From: an uncultured delta proteobacterium
Lineage (GTDB): Bacteria; Myxococcota_A; Polyangia; Polyangiales; B10-G4
Direction of reading: 5' to 3'
Assembly (NCBI GenBank): GCA_963727445.1
Contig: CAVSGI010000020.1
Location: 64,001-128,000, forward strand
DNA: 64,000 nucleotides
Shown here: positions 43,746 to 54,692 of the stretch, in pieces
Layout of the letters: each line of letters begins with the position of its first letter
Position numbering within the stretch: position 1 is the stretch's first letter
Program-made: the position numbers and the translations under genes
The notes under the pieces: model-generated
The model's input: only the letters and a program-made list of their open reading frames with translations
Told to the model about the DNA's origin: nothing
Databases searched by the model: none

Positions 43746-43950
43746 TGCCTGGTCCAATGAGGAGTCCGAACTCGTACTCGTAGATCGGGTTCGTCAGGCA
43801 GAGCCGACGGCGGACGATGCGGAAGCCGGATCGCCGCACGAGGCGCTCGCATTCGGTGAGTTAAGTCGGCTCTAGGTGCCCAGGCCCCTCTCACGGACAC
43901 CATCGGAGTCGGCGGGTGACTGAGCCCAGTGCTATCGTCCGGCGGTGGTC

Positions 43951-44637
43951 ATGCTACGTGAATACGCAATCGTCGTCTTCCTCCTGAGCGCCTGTGGGGG
44001 TACCTCGCCGCCGGCTGCCGAATCCCACGCCGTGCAGTCAGGCTCACGCGCGCCTGCACCGCCGAGCTCGCCTCCATCTGCGACGGACCCGGTCCTCGCG
44101 AGTCTCGAGACAATCGCTGGTGAGTACACTGGCGAGTGGACCCTCAGGGGGGTCGACGAGACGGGCGCACCGAAGGTCGTGATGTCGTGGACGGACGAGG
44201 TCTCGGTTCCGTTCGAGCCGATCCGCGAGCCCGGTCGAGCCTATCTGTCCGTGACCGATGAGATGACGTTCGAGGGCCCCGTCCCGGCGCGGACCGTCAC
44301 GTTCAAGGAGGGGTTCCTGGTCGCGGACGACGGTAGCGTCGGCGAACGCTTCTTCAATCAAGGGGACGGAGGGGCGGTGGTAGAGACGGAGCTCGCGCCG
44401 GGGGTCTACACCTTCTCGCAGGTCGCGACGCCAGAGGAGCTGGCGACGCTGGGGTTCACCGATGCGAACCCTGGCACTCACGTCACCGTGAAGACCACCA
44501 CCCGCGACGGGTCGGTCGAGCAGGAGCATATCTCGCGCGTGACGACTGCGCAGTGGAGGGACGCCGACGGGCGACCGCACACCACGCAGATGGTCACGCT
44601 CGAAGGGATGCATCGACGTTCAGCGGACCACTCTTGA
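43951..44637 (+). CDS. Hypothetical lipoprotein
   Basis: MLREYAIVVFLLSACGG. Confidence 0.75.
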   Translation: MLREYAIVVFLLSACGGTSPPAAESHAVQSGSRAPAPPSSPPSATDPVLASLETIAGEYTGEWTLRGVDETGAPKVVMSWTDEVSVPFEPIREPGRAYLSVTDEMTFEGPVPARTVTFKEGFLVADDGSVGERFFNQGDGGAVVETELAPGVYTFSQVATPEELATLGFTDANPGTHVTVKTTTRDGSVEQEHISRVTTAQWRDADGRPHTTQMVTLEGMHRRSADHS

Positions 44638-44787
44638 GTCAAGAAGCGGTGGTAGCGGGATCGACGAGCCGCCCGGCGAGGGGGGATTCCGCCGCGGAGT
44701 GACGGCGTAGACGTCAGCCCACCGCGCTGGTCGACCGCGAACGGGTCAGAGGCGAACGGGTCAGCGGATGGATCGACGGAGCGCTGG

Positions 44788-44998
44788 CTCCGGTTTCCAT
44801 CCTCCACGGACGCCAACCCCCGCACCGGACACCCGAGTTTCGCAGTAGCTGTGACTGGCTGTGATGAGTCAACTCGCGCCTGCGGCGGACGGGGACGAGA
44901 CAAAAATGCCTTGAAGAACGCATCCGTGAGCGGGTTGTTGCCGACGTCCGCTCCGGTTTCCAGCTTTCACGGAAGCCAACCCCCTCACCGGACGCCCG
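44788..44998 (-). repeat. Two diverged tandem copies of the 66-bp element
   Basis: 44788-44848 and a 5'-shortened copy at 44951-44998; both end GGAAACCGGAG on the minus strand. Confidence 0.85.
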
Positions 44999-45082
44999 GA
45001 GGCGATCGTGTAGCCCCTGACTCGCGGGATGGCGAGAGGCCGTTCGTGTCGGCTTCAACGGCTGCCGCCGGTCCCGCTCGAA

Positions 45083-46282
45083 TCAGAGCTCTGGGCAGGG
45101 CCGGGTCCGCTTTTGCATGCTGCCGGCTGGTGACACGTTCCACGCGCCCTGCATGCTGACGTGGAGCGGGTCCGTCAGACCGGTCGACGCGACGGTCGCG
45201 GGCGCCTCGCGAAAGCGGGTCCGAACGACGTCGTGCTCGCCGCCCATCGCATCGACACTGAATCGCCTCCCCGTCGATTCCCCGACTTCGAGACAGCGGC
45301 CGGTCGGCATCTCGGCCGCATCGAGGATCTCCATCTCGATGACCTCTTCGGTGTCGTCGTCGATGCGGGTCCGCTGCTCCAGGTACGTCACGACTGTCGC
45401 GAGCAGGGTGAGCGATGCTGGCTCGTCGCGCTCGTCCAACCATATCGTCGTTCGGCCTAGCCCTTCACCGTCCGCCGCCTCGTCACGCCACTCGAAATCG
45501 ACCGAGACCGTGCCGTCCATGACGAAGGCATCCTCGAGTGTGATGGACTGGTGTCCGAGCTCGACGAGCCTGAGTGGTGGGGCGCTCGCGTAGCCGCGAG
45601 AGGGGAAACAAACGACGATGAGGCAGTCCAGACGAGCGACCACGACGATCGCGACGTCATCGGAGTAGATGTCAAGGTCTCGCAGTAGAGAAAGATACGC
45701 GGGAGCGGGACGCGGCTCCGGCGCCGGCAGCGGGTGCGACGCCCCGCCGCTCATACGGGCCGGTGTGACGGAGGCCGTCGGCACCCTGCCCCGGAGCCAA
45801 CGTATCGTGACGCGGCCGCCCGCATCGTCCGTGTACGAGAGACGCACCCCGTCCGGGCCGTAGTCGCGGCCGCCGTCGATCGCGCTGGGCCGGCCGGCGC
45901 CGCCGACCGTCACGCAGGTGGGTAGGAGGGCTTCCTCGATGCACAGGAACGCGCCGTCGTGGTCTACACCACTGATGGCCGAAAGGACGCCCGGATCCTC
46001 CATGCCGTCCATGCGGAACAGAGACGTCACGCCCGCCGACTCCAACGCCTCGGTGAGCCGGTCGAAGACGGAGGTTTGTCCCGGCGGTTCGCTGCGGGCG
46101 CGTCGTTGCGTGGGGCCCGTCTCGTCGTGACTCGCCGCGCGCGTTTCGGCAGGTTGGCGCGCGGGCGCGGGCGTCTGCCCGGGCGGGCGGGCCCCGCAAG
46201 CGAGCGAGCCGAGCCCGAAGCAAAGCGCCAGGCATGGGCTCGCGAGACGTGTGATTCCCCGCAACGAGATCTCCTGCCGCAC
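45083..46282 (-). CDS. Hypothetical lipoprotein
   Basis: SLACG lipobox. Confidence 0.65.
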   Translation of the reverse strand: MRQEISLRGITRLASPCLALCFGLGSLACGARPPGQTPAPARQPAETRAASHDETGPTQRRARSEPPGQTSVFDRLTEALESAGVTSLFRMDGMEDPGVLSAISGVDHDGAFLCIEEALLPTCVTVGGAGRPSAIDGGRDYGPDGVRLSYTDDAGGRVTIRWLRGRVPTASVTPARMSGGASHPLPAPEPRPAPAYLSLLRDLDIYSDDVAIVVVARLDCLIVVCFPSRGYASAPPLRLVELGHQSITLEDAFVMDGTVSVDFEWRDEAADGEGLGRTTIWLDERDEPASLTLLATVVTYLEQRTRIDDDTEEVIEMEILDAAEMPTGRCLEVGESTGRRFSVDAMGGEHDVVRTRFREAPATVASTGLTDPLHVSMQGAWNVSPAGSMQKRTRPCPEL

Positions 46283-46316
46283 ATTCTACGAAACGAGCGT
46301 TCCCATCTTCCCACCG

Positions 46317-47652
46317 TTGGACGAGCCTCACCTTCGGAATCCGCAGAGAAGGAACAGCCCGACGTACCCGAAAATCCGCCCAGTCGGCGCGACAGCGACG
46401 ACCGCGCTCGTGCGCCGGACGACGCTGCGCAAGGCGTTCCTCGCGCCCTGGGACCCGATGGTCGAACAGATCTGGCTCTACGCGCTCGCCGACGCGCAGC
46501 GCGAGACCGATGTCGACGTCCACTTCTCGGGCCTGTTCGTCACACACCACCACACGGACGTGACGCCCACCACGAACAATCTGCCCGAGTTCACGCGGCG
46601 TTTTCACCGCGACCTGAGCTGCGGTCTTCACACGCTCCTCTGCGAGCACAAGTATGACGCGCCCCACGAGCTGCTCGACGACCGGTCGACCCATTGGACC
46701 CGCCTCGTCGACGCGCCCGCCCAGGCGAGCCGCCTGGTGTACGACGCGGTCAATGCCGTCGCTGCGGGCCTCGTCGCGCGCCCCGAGGACATGCCCCTGC
46801 GCTTCCTCGACTTCGGGCTTTGGAAGGGCGGATACATCGAGGTCGAGCGGCCACCGCTGTACTTCGCCAAGAGCCGCCCGAGATTCTTGAGGCTCCGCCT
46901 GACGCCGACGCCGCTCCTCTACCGGGCCTTCGGCGGCGACCTCGACGCGCTCGTCTTCCACATGCGGCGGCTCACCCACGACGCCGTCAAGGCCCTCCGC
47001 GCCGCCCGCGCCGGGCCCGTGCTCGGCGCCAAACGCGTGCGGCGCCTTCACCCCTGGGATGAGCCGCGCACCCTGCGCGAGTCGGGACCGACCCCGCACC
47101 GCACGTTCCGCATCGGCGCCAGCGACATCCTCGGCCGACGGCGCCGCATCGCCGCCGCCGTCGAGGTCCGTGACTTTCGACGCGGTCACCACGCCACCCG
47201 CGTCGCCCGCCGCGATGGAGACCTCGAGGCGCGTTATCCCTTCGGCACCTACGCCGCACACGTCCACCGCGGCGAGCCTGTCGACGACGTCGACGAGGCC
47301 GCAATCATCGCCGCCCCCGGCCCGCTCCTGAGCGACGTCGAGGCCGAGCTCGCCGACGCGCGTGTTTCCGCGGACAACGTGCGCGATGAGACGCGCCACC
47401 TCGCTCGCGCTGTCCGTGAGACCTTCGAAGACGAGGCTGGCGCCATCGCCGAAGACGCGCACCTCGACCTCGCCACCACCGTCCGCGTCCCCTTGGACCG
47501 GGCGATGGGCGACGACGTGACCGACCCGCGCGCGCGGGCCGTCGTCCGACACCGCTTCGACAAGAAGCACCGCGAGGCCGCACGCCGCATCATCACCCTG
47601 CGCGACCGACGTCGCGGACAGACCTCCGGGCAAAGACCCACCTGGCGGCTGA
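46317..47652 (+). CDS. RAYT-like HUH/Y1 tyrosine transposase with long C-terminal extension (start uncertain; probable frameshift near 47620)
   Basis: LVRRTT..AFL, VTHHHT (HUH), LVYDAVNAVAAGLVARPEDMP (resembles Y...NPVxAGLV..PEDWP). The alternative frame ends RPPGKDPPGG* at 47652. Confidence 0.72.
46351..46367 (+). repeat. Inverted solo copy of the RAYT-adjacent repeat
   Basis: GGAACAGCCCGACGTAC vs reverse complement of the array unit GGAACGGCCCGACGTAC. Confidence 0.75.
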
Positions 47653-47712
47653 CAGCGCGCCGCGCGAGGGCGCTCGTCGTTTGGAAGTCACGCCGGGCGG
47701 CGCACGCGTGCG

Positions 47713-47853
47713 GTTCCATTAGTTCCACGTCGGGCCGTTCCATTAAACGACGTTCCATTCGAGTCGGCGCGTACGTCGGGCCGTTCCATTCGGGCGCGTA
47801 CGTCGGGCCGTTCCATTCGTTCCATTCGGGCGCGTACGTCGGGCCGTTCCATT
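47713..47853 (-). repeat. RAYT-adjacent ragged repeat array
   Basis: Seven GTTCCATT ends (47720, 47744, 47759, 47790, 47817, 47826, 47853); three full GGCGCGTACGTCGGGCCGTTCCATT units. Confidence 0.92.
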
Positions 47854-47924
47854 CTCGTGCAGCGCCACGGTCCGCTCGGACATGACGGTTGCGGCACGCG
47901 AGTGAAGTCCGTTATCCGTTGAGG

Positions 47925-49115
47925 ATGTCTCGACTAGAAGCCCGCGTCCTGGTCTGCGCTCACTGTGGCGCCCCCCTTCCCGTCACCGACAGTGGTGGCC
48001 AGGTCACCTGCGCCTACTGTGCGATTGTCTCGACCGTGGGCGAGCGACCGTTTCAGGCACGGCCGCTACCCACGCTTCCCGACGCGGCGACCGAGGCTGC
48101 TCGCCAGAAGCGCCTTCGGGCTCAGCTCACCACCTCCCGGGACAGCCGCTACAGCGTCTTCCACCGGCCCGAGGGGTTGGACGACATCGATGGCATGGAC
48201 ACGCGCGCGGAAACCCGCGAGCGCCTCGTCGAAGCATTCCGGGTCGCGATCACGCTGATGCGCAAGAGCCGGAATGCGGACCTCGAACATCGCGTCTTCT
48301 GGATTGCCATGCGCATCAAGAACCTGGATTCACTCACCGGGTCGTCCGATGGCTTCGTCCCGTTTCTGCAAGCAGCGAGCGAGCAACTGCAGGAGGCCGG
48401 GTACCGGCAGATCCTGCTCTGCGAGCTCGCCTATCGCGCCATCGCGGAACGTCGGTTGGAGGACGCCGAGGGCTGGCTGGCACAATGCGATCCCGCGTCG
48501 CAGGACCTCCTCGTCGACAACGCCGTCCGCGCCTCCCGCGTCTTCTTGGCTCTCCGGAGAGAAGCGTACGACGAGGCCCTAGCGCTTCTGGGGCGTGATG
48601 CCGAAAGCGTCGCAGTGGCCGAGGAGCACATCGTCACGTTCGGGCTCGATTGGATTTACGTCTTGGAAGAGCTCGGTGAGCGGGAGGTTGCCGAGTCACA
48701 GCTGCTCGCGTTGGTCGAGGCCAAGGCTGCCGCGACCGCGGCGGCCAACGTCGGGCTCGTCGGAACGTCCATGACTTTCGAAGAGCTTCAGTCCGAGTGC
48801 CGCAGGGTCGCGACGGGTTTCGTCGCGGGAAGCGTCCGCGTAGCGGGCGACACTGCTGAACCGCTGGCCAACGTGTGGCGACGCGTTGCGGTGGCCGATT
48901 ATCTGCCGCCTCTCGACGAGGCGCTCGCCACCCTGGATGGGCAGGGCGACGAGGACGAACCCGACGATGAAGCAGCACGCGATCGCCCAGAGCCCCACAT
49001 GGCGCAGGCCAGCGACTCCGCGCGGCTCCAGAAGAGTGGGCTCCTGATCTGGGTGGTCTTCGGCACCATCCTGGTCGTGGGGGCCCTCCTCGGGATGTTC
49101 GTCCTCTCGCAATGA
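47925..49115 (+). CDS. Zn-ribbon + helical domain protein with C-terminal TM
   Basis: CAHCGAPL...CAYC; hydrophobic C-terminus. Confidence 0.75.
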   Translation: MSRLEARVLVCAHCGAPLPVTDSGGQVTCAYCAIVSTVGERPFQARPLPTLPDAATEAARQKRLRAQLTTSRDSRYSVFHRPEGLDDIDGMDTRAETRERLVEAFRVAITLMRKSRNADLEHRVFWIAMRIKNLDSLTGSSDGFVPFLQAASEQLQEAGYRQILLCELAYRAIAERRLEDAEGWLAQCDPASQDLLVDNAVRASRVFLALRREAYDEALALLGRDAESVAVAEEHIVTFGLDWIYVLEELGEREVAESQLLALVEAKAAATAAANVGLVGTSMTFEELQSECRRVATGFVAGSVRVAGDTAEPLANVWRRVAVADYLPPLDEALATLDGQGDEDEPDDEAARDRPEPHMAQASDSARLQKSGLLIWVVFGTILVVGALLGMFVLSQ

Positions 49116-49277
49116 CGGTCTGCGGCTCGGACCCATCCATGATGGCCTGGCTCATCGTCGTCTTGAGCCGAGGGCTCGGCGCTGGAGCTCATCTCGTCTT
49201 GCAGTATGGGCTGACCACGCCCGTCGATCTCCGATCGCGAGCGCGGTCGGACGCCTCCGCGGTGAGCGCGACGGTGA

Positions 49278-49380
49278 GCAGCTGAACGCGACGAGGCGGT
49301 CCGTGCCGCATGCGTCGCAGCGAAAGCGCGCGAAGCCGTGGGCGAGGACGCCGCACTCGAGGAAGCGCCGGAGCTCGGCC
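49278..49380 (-). pseudogene. IS91-like transposase Zn-binding domain fragment
   Basis: AELRRFLECGVLAHGFARFRCDACGTDRLVAFSC. Confidence 0.8.
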
Positions 49381-49421
49381 GCGCCGCCGCCGGGCCGCCG
49401 GCGGACGCCACTCGCGGACGA

Positions 49422-50018
49422 TCACTCTTCGCTGACGACGAACTGCAGACGCATTCCGGGCACGACGTCGGTCAGCTCCGAGACGAAGCGTCCGTTCGCC
49501 GAGTGCGCGGGTAGATAGGTCCACGTCGTCTGCGTGCTTCCCATCACCGAGGAGCGCTGGGTCTCGGCGGGGATCTCGATGGCGAGCATCAGGTTGTCTT
49601 CGGTGAAGCCGCTCGGGATCGAGGTCGCGGGGATCGAGACCTCGACCGGCCCGCCCGCGAGGTTGATCCCCGGCTGAAGGTGCAGGGTGGGGCCGACCGG
49701 TTTCTCGTAGTCCCGATTGTTGAAGGCCTGGGTCTGCTCCTGGACGGAGAAGTGAACCTCCACCGGCTCGCCCAACGCGCCCGCTGGAAACTCCACGCGC
49801 GCGCTGTTGCCGAGGGTGAGCGTCCCGCCGGGTCCAGCGAGCTCCGCTTCGACCAGACGATCGCCGGTCAGGAAGACGGGGTTCGGGTCCGCCGCGCCGC
49901 CACCACCACCCGTGGAGCCGCCGCCGCCGCCGCCAGATCCCTGGTTGGCGCTACCGCCTCCGCACCCCGAGAGGGAAAGCCCCAAGAAGACGACCCACAA
50001 AGCTCTTTGCACGTTCAT
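49422..50018 (-). CDS. Lipoprotein with ZU5-like domain
   Basis: LSGC lipobox; GPGGTLTL...RVEFPAGAL. Confidence 0.7.
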   Translation of the reverse strand: MNVQRALWVVFLGLSLSGCGGGSANQGSGGGGGGSTGGGGGAADPNPVFLTGDRLVEAELAGPGGTLTLGNSARVEFPAGALGEPVEVHFSVQEQTQAFNNRDYEKPVGPTLHLQPGINLAGGPVEVSIPATSIPSGFTEDNLMLAIEIPAETQRSSVMGSTQTTWTYLPAHSANGRFVSELTDVVPGMRLQFVVSEE

Positions 50019-50137
50019 TTTCGAGCCCCCTGAGGGGTGGGAGCTTTTCCCACTTTGCCCTCTATCAGGAATGCTACGAAAACCCGGGGGTTGTGCAAAC
50101 AATCCCTCAAAAAGGGTGTCACCCTCCTCGACGCCTC

Positions 50138-51466
50138 ATGCGGCTCTCTTCCATCAAGACCGCCGTCGCCACCCTCGGGCGCCTGTGGCGGCGCATCGTG
50201 GACCCGATCCCGATCACCGGGCTGGGCATCCTGGCCACCCTCGTGTTCTGGGCCGGGCTGACCTTCTTCGGGATGGAAAAGATGGACGTGGTGCTCCTCG
50301 TCGCCTGCTCGGCGGGGCTCGGGCTGGTGGGTATCGCGGTGGCCGGTGTCGTCCTCTTCGGGATCGCGCTCCGGATCCGCGCACGCCATCCAGGGCCTCG
50401 CAGCGAGCTCCATCTCGAGACCCAGCGCGAGTCGCCGACCGGCTGGGAGCTCCCCACCTTCGGCTTCCTGCCGCTGGTCGCCGTGCGCTGGGAGTGGGAG
50501 CGCCCCGACGGGTTCGTGGTGGACCCGGAGCGAAAGCTCTTCAAGCGCCTCGAGCGCGTGACGACCGACCGGCGCGGACGCCACCACGGGGTGCGAAGGC
50601 GCGTGATCGTCGAGGATGTCTTCCGTCTCGCGCGGGTGGCTTTTCGGGTCGACGATCCAGTGGTGATCGACGTGCGACCGCATCCCGGTCGGCTGGGGAG
50701 GATGGAGCCGCTGACGGCCTTCGCCGGTGGCGACGATGCGCCGCATCCGATGGGCATCGACGACGGCGACCGCACGGAGCTGCGCCGCTACGCGCCCGGT
50801 GACCCGGCGCGCTTCATCCACTGGAAGGCCTTCGCGCGCACGCGAAAGCTCGTGGTGCGCGTCCCCGAGCGCGCGCTCAGCCAGGCGCGGCGAACGGCGG
50901 CGTACCTGATCTCGGGCGACGAGGACGAGGCGTCCGCAGCCGCGGCGCGGGTGGCGGTGGAGCGTGGCGCGCTGGGCCGCGACTGGATCTTCGGGGCGTC
51001 GGGTGCGAGCAGCGATGCCGACGATGCGGCGGATGCGATCGAGCTGATCGTGAGCTCGGCGGCGCATCGCGACGCGGGCGCCGCGGGTCTGGCGGCCTTC
51101 GTCCAGCGCGCCGAGCGGGCGGGACCCGCGGCGTTGGTGGTCTTCGCGCCGCCGACCGAGGGCCCGTGGATCGACGCCGTGCAAGCGGTCGCGGCGAAGC
51201 GACCGCGCGGGCTTCGGGTGGTGATCGCGGTCGATGGGCTCATCCCCGAGGGAGAGCGCGGTCCCGTCGCGAAGCTGCTCACGGTTCCCGGGGCGCCTCA
51301 GGGGTTGCCGGTGGAGGTCCTCGATCGGACGCTGCGCGCCCTCGGGCGCTCCCGCATCGACGTCGTCGTCTACGACCGGCCGAGCGGGCGCCGGCTGGGC
51401 GGGGCGCACGTGAGCCGCGCGAAGAAGGCGGCGACGTCGCCGCGCGCCGAGGCGGAGGCCGCGTGA
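50138..51466 (+). CDS. DUF58 family protein
   Basis: ELRRYAPGDPARFIHWKAFAR. Confidence 0.88.
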   Translation: MRLSSIKTAVATLGRLWRRIVDPIPITGLGILATLVFWAGLTFFGMEKMDVVLLVACSAGLGLVGIAVAGVVLFGIALRIRARHPGPRSELHLETQRESPTGWELPTFGFLPLVAVRWEWERPDGFVVDPERKLFKRLERVTTDRRGRHHGVRRRVIVEDVFRLARVAFRVDDPVVIDVRPHPGRLGRMEPLTAFAGGDDAPHPMGIDDGDRTELRRYAPGDPARFIHWKAFARTRKLVVRVPERALSQARRTAAYLISGDEDEASAAAARVAVERGALGRDWIFGASGASSDADDAADAIELIVSSAAHRDAGAAGLAAFVQRAERAGPAALVVFAPPTEGPWIDAVQAVAAKRPRGLRVVIAVDGLIPEGERGPVAKLLTVPGAPQGLPVEVLDRTLRALGRSRIDVVVYDRPSGRRLGGAHVSRAKKAATSPRAEAEAA

Positions 51467-53647
51467 CCGAGAGCGGGCCGCCCGAGAAGAAGCGCGAAGC
51501 GCGCGCGCGTGGCGAGGAGTCGTGGCTTTCGACAGTCGCCCGGATGCTGGTGCACGGCATCACGGCGGCGGTCTTCACCTTTCCCCTCACCGTCGTCGGC
51601 GCCTGCATCGCGGCGGGCGTCGGGGCGGCCGCGGGGGCCCTGACCGCGCGCTTCGTCGCGAAGAGCCGGCTCCGGAGCACGGCCATCCTGGGCCTCGGCG
51701 CCCTGGGCCTCGTGCTGGCGGCCGCCATCGCCACCTGGTGGGGGCGCACCGACCTCGCCGCGGCAGCCCTCGGGCCCGGCGGCGCCATCCGCGTCGGCGA
51801 CGGGCTCCTCCTCGGTCTCGGCGCGCTGGTGATCTCGACCACCCTGCGCTCGCTGACGCTTCGACGGCCGGCGCTCTCCGCCATCGAGGTCGGCTTCGTC
51901 GCGCTCGCCTTCGCCCAGCTGGTGATCGCCCACGAGAACGGCGCGATCAATCGACCCTTCGAGGTCGCCGACCCGATCATCGCCCAGGGGGGCGATCCGA
52001 CGGTCGCGATGATGGCCATCGGCGGCGTGGCCGCCGCGGTGCTCCTGCTCCTGCTTCTGAGCGAGCGGAACCTCGTGCGTGGCGTCTTTCACCTCGCCGC
52101 GGTCGGGCTCCTCCTGCTCTTCGGCCTCTTCGTGGTCGGCCTGATGCCCGAGCCCACCGTGCCCGAGACCGGCGGCGGGCTCGGCCTCCGCAGCGACGAG
52201 TCGGACGAGGAGAGCCAGCGCCAAGCAGGAGGCGGGGCGGCGCAACAACGAGCAGCTCGAGTTCCGCGACAACTACGACAGCGCGCAGAACCGCGTCCCG
52301 GTCGGCGTGGTCCTGCTCCACGACGACTACTCGCCTCCGACGGGCGTCTACTACCTCCGCCAGGGGGCCTTCAGTCAGTACAACGGACGGCGCCTGGTCG
52401 CTGCGACGCGCGGCGACGTCGACCGGGACATCGCGCGACACTTCCCGACGTCGGCCATGGAGATCGACGACGCACCGGAGGCGGGCCTGTGGCGCGGCAC
52501 CCTCGAGACCACAGTGGCGCTCCTCGCCGATCACAACCGCCCCTTTGCGATAGAAGCGCCGATCGAGCTCCGCCCCGAGCCCAACCCCGATCCGCGCCGC
52601 TTCAAGCGGATGTACCGCGCCGTGAGCGCGCCGCTCACCGCCGATTACGTCTCGCTGCTGGGCATGCCCGTCGGCGACGAGCGCTGGAGCGACGAGGTGC
52701 GCGCGCACTACACCGAAGGTCCCTCGGACCCGCGCTACGCCGAGCTCGCCGAGCGGATCATCGCCGACCTCCCCGAGGACCTCCGTGAAGACCGTGTGGC
52801 CCGCGCGCTCGCGGTCACCGGGTACTTGAGCCACGAAGGCACCTACAGCCTTCGGAGCAGTCACGCCGACGCCGAGGACCCCACGGCCAGCTTCCTCTTC
52901 GGCGACCTCACCGGCTACTGCGTTCACTTCGCTCACGCCGCTGTCTATCTGATGCGCGCCCTCGACGTGCCCTCGCGCGTCGCCACCGGCTACGCGGTCG
53001 ACGAGGCCTCGCGGCAGGGGGGCTCGGCCATCCTGGTGAGCGGTCAGGCGAGCCACGCGTGGCCCGAGATCTACGTACAGGACGTGGGCTGGGTGGTGGC
53101 GGACGTCGCGCCGGAGACGGTGATCTCGCCGCCGCCCGGTCCCCCCGATCCCGATCTGCAGCGCCTTCTCGCGGAGCTGGTTCGCGGTCAACGGCCGCTC
53201 CCGGTCGACGGCCGGCCTCCCGCCGACATCGCGGGCGCGGTGGAGACCTTCCTCGCCTGGGCGGGCCGCGTCCTCGGCGGTGCGTTCGTGCTCGCCTTCT
53301 TCTTCGTCCTCCTCGGTCGCCTCTACCGGCGCCTCGGCGCGGTCTTCGCCCGGCAGGACTACCGGCGCGTCTATCTCGCGGCCCTCGACACCCTGAGCGC
53401 TGTCGGGATCCGTCGGGCCTACGGCGAGTCGCGCGAAGCCTTCGCGCGCCGGGTCGCCGCCCAGCTCCCGAGCTTCACGCCGTTGACGCGCGGCCACGTG
53501 GGAGCGAGGTTCGGCCGAGCGGGCGGCAAGGCAGGCGACCCGAGCGCCCTGTTCAAAGCGCTTCGGCGCGAGCTGAGAAACGCGGTGCCCCGATGGCGTC
53601 GCATCATCGGAACGTTGAGCCCGTGGACGTGGCTCTTTTCACGCTGA
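51463..53647 (+). CDS. Membrane transglutaminase-like (TgpA-type) protein, frameshift near 52235
   Basis: Multi-TM N-terminus; GYCVHFAHA...PSRVATGY...HAWPEIY...GWVVAD. Confidence 0.88.
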
Positions 53648-53659
53648 GACGAGGAAAGC

Positions 53660-54692
53660 ATGCAGAGCGCGAGCATTTCAGAAGCGGAAGAACGAAGCCC
53701 GAAGAGCACGGAGGGCCTCGAGGTCGCCTCGCGCGTCGTCGAGCGACTTCAGAAGCGGCTGCGCGCCGCGATTCGCGGGCGCGACGAGGTGATCGATCTC
53801 GTGCTCACCGCGCTCCTCGCCGACGGGCACGTGCTGCTCGAGGACTTCCCCGGCTCGGGCAAGACGACCCTGGCGCGTGCGCTCGGCGAGGCGATCGACG
53901 ACGACTCGGAGATCGAGGGCATCGCGGCTTTTCGGCGCATCCAGTTCACGCCCGACCTGCTGCCGAGCGACATCACCGGCACCAACGTCTTCGAGGTCGA
54001 GACCAGCGCGTTCATCTTCCGGCGCGGGCCGATCTTCGCGCACGTGGTGCTCGCCGACGAGATCAACCGGACCTCGCCCAAGGTGCAGGCCGCGATGCTG
54101 GAGGCGATGGCCGAAAAGCAGGTCACCGTCGACGACGACACCCATCGCCTGGACGACCTCTTCTTCGTCATCGCCACCCAGAACCCGCTCGACCTCGCCG
54201 GGACCTATCCGCTGCCGACGCCGCAGCTCGACCGCTTCCTGTTCAAGCTGGTCATGACGCACATCGAGCGCGCGTCGGAGCTCGAGGTGCTGGACCAGTA
54301 TCCGACGCCCAGCCTCGAGCACGCGAGCGGCATGCCGGGGGTGACGCGCTCCGAGATCCTCGAAGCGCGCGAGGCGGTGCGCCACTCGGTGCGGATCGAT
54401 CCGCTCTTCAAGGAGGCGCTCGTCGATCTAGCCAATGCGCTTCGGAGTGACGAGCGCGTGCTGCAGGGGACCAGCACCCGCTCGCTGGTGCTCAGCCTGC
54501 CCGCGCTCCAGGCGCACGCCGTGGTTCAGGGGCGAGACTACGTCGCCCCCGAGGACCTCGAGCGCCTCGCGCCCTACGTCTTCGAGCACCGCATCGAGTG
54601 CGCCGCCGGCATCGACGACGCCGCGGCCGTGGTGCGCGACTGTGCCAAGGGGCCCGATCGATCGGCTGGCCAAGGAGAGCTTGAAGGGGTGA
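53660..54692 (+). CDS. moxR: MoxR-family AAA+ ATPase (frameshift near 54650)
   Basis: GHVLLEDFPGSGKT, RIQFTPDLLPSD, LADEINR, ATQNP, QLDRF. Confidence 0.92.

Noticed and set aside
41365..46282. Integron cassette array of lipoproteins
   Set aside because: Mixed orientations and no common attC between the genes.
47653..47885. RAYT C-terminal extension given in the track
   Set aside because: It translates the repeat array and is probably read-through from a frameshift near 47620.
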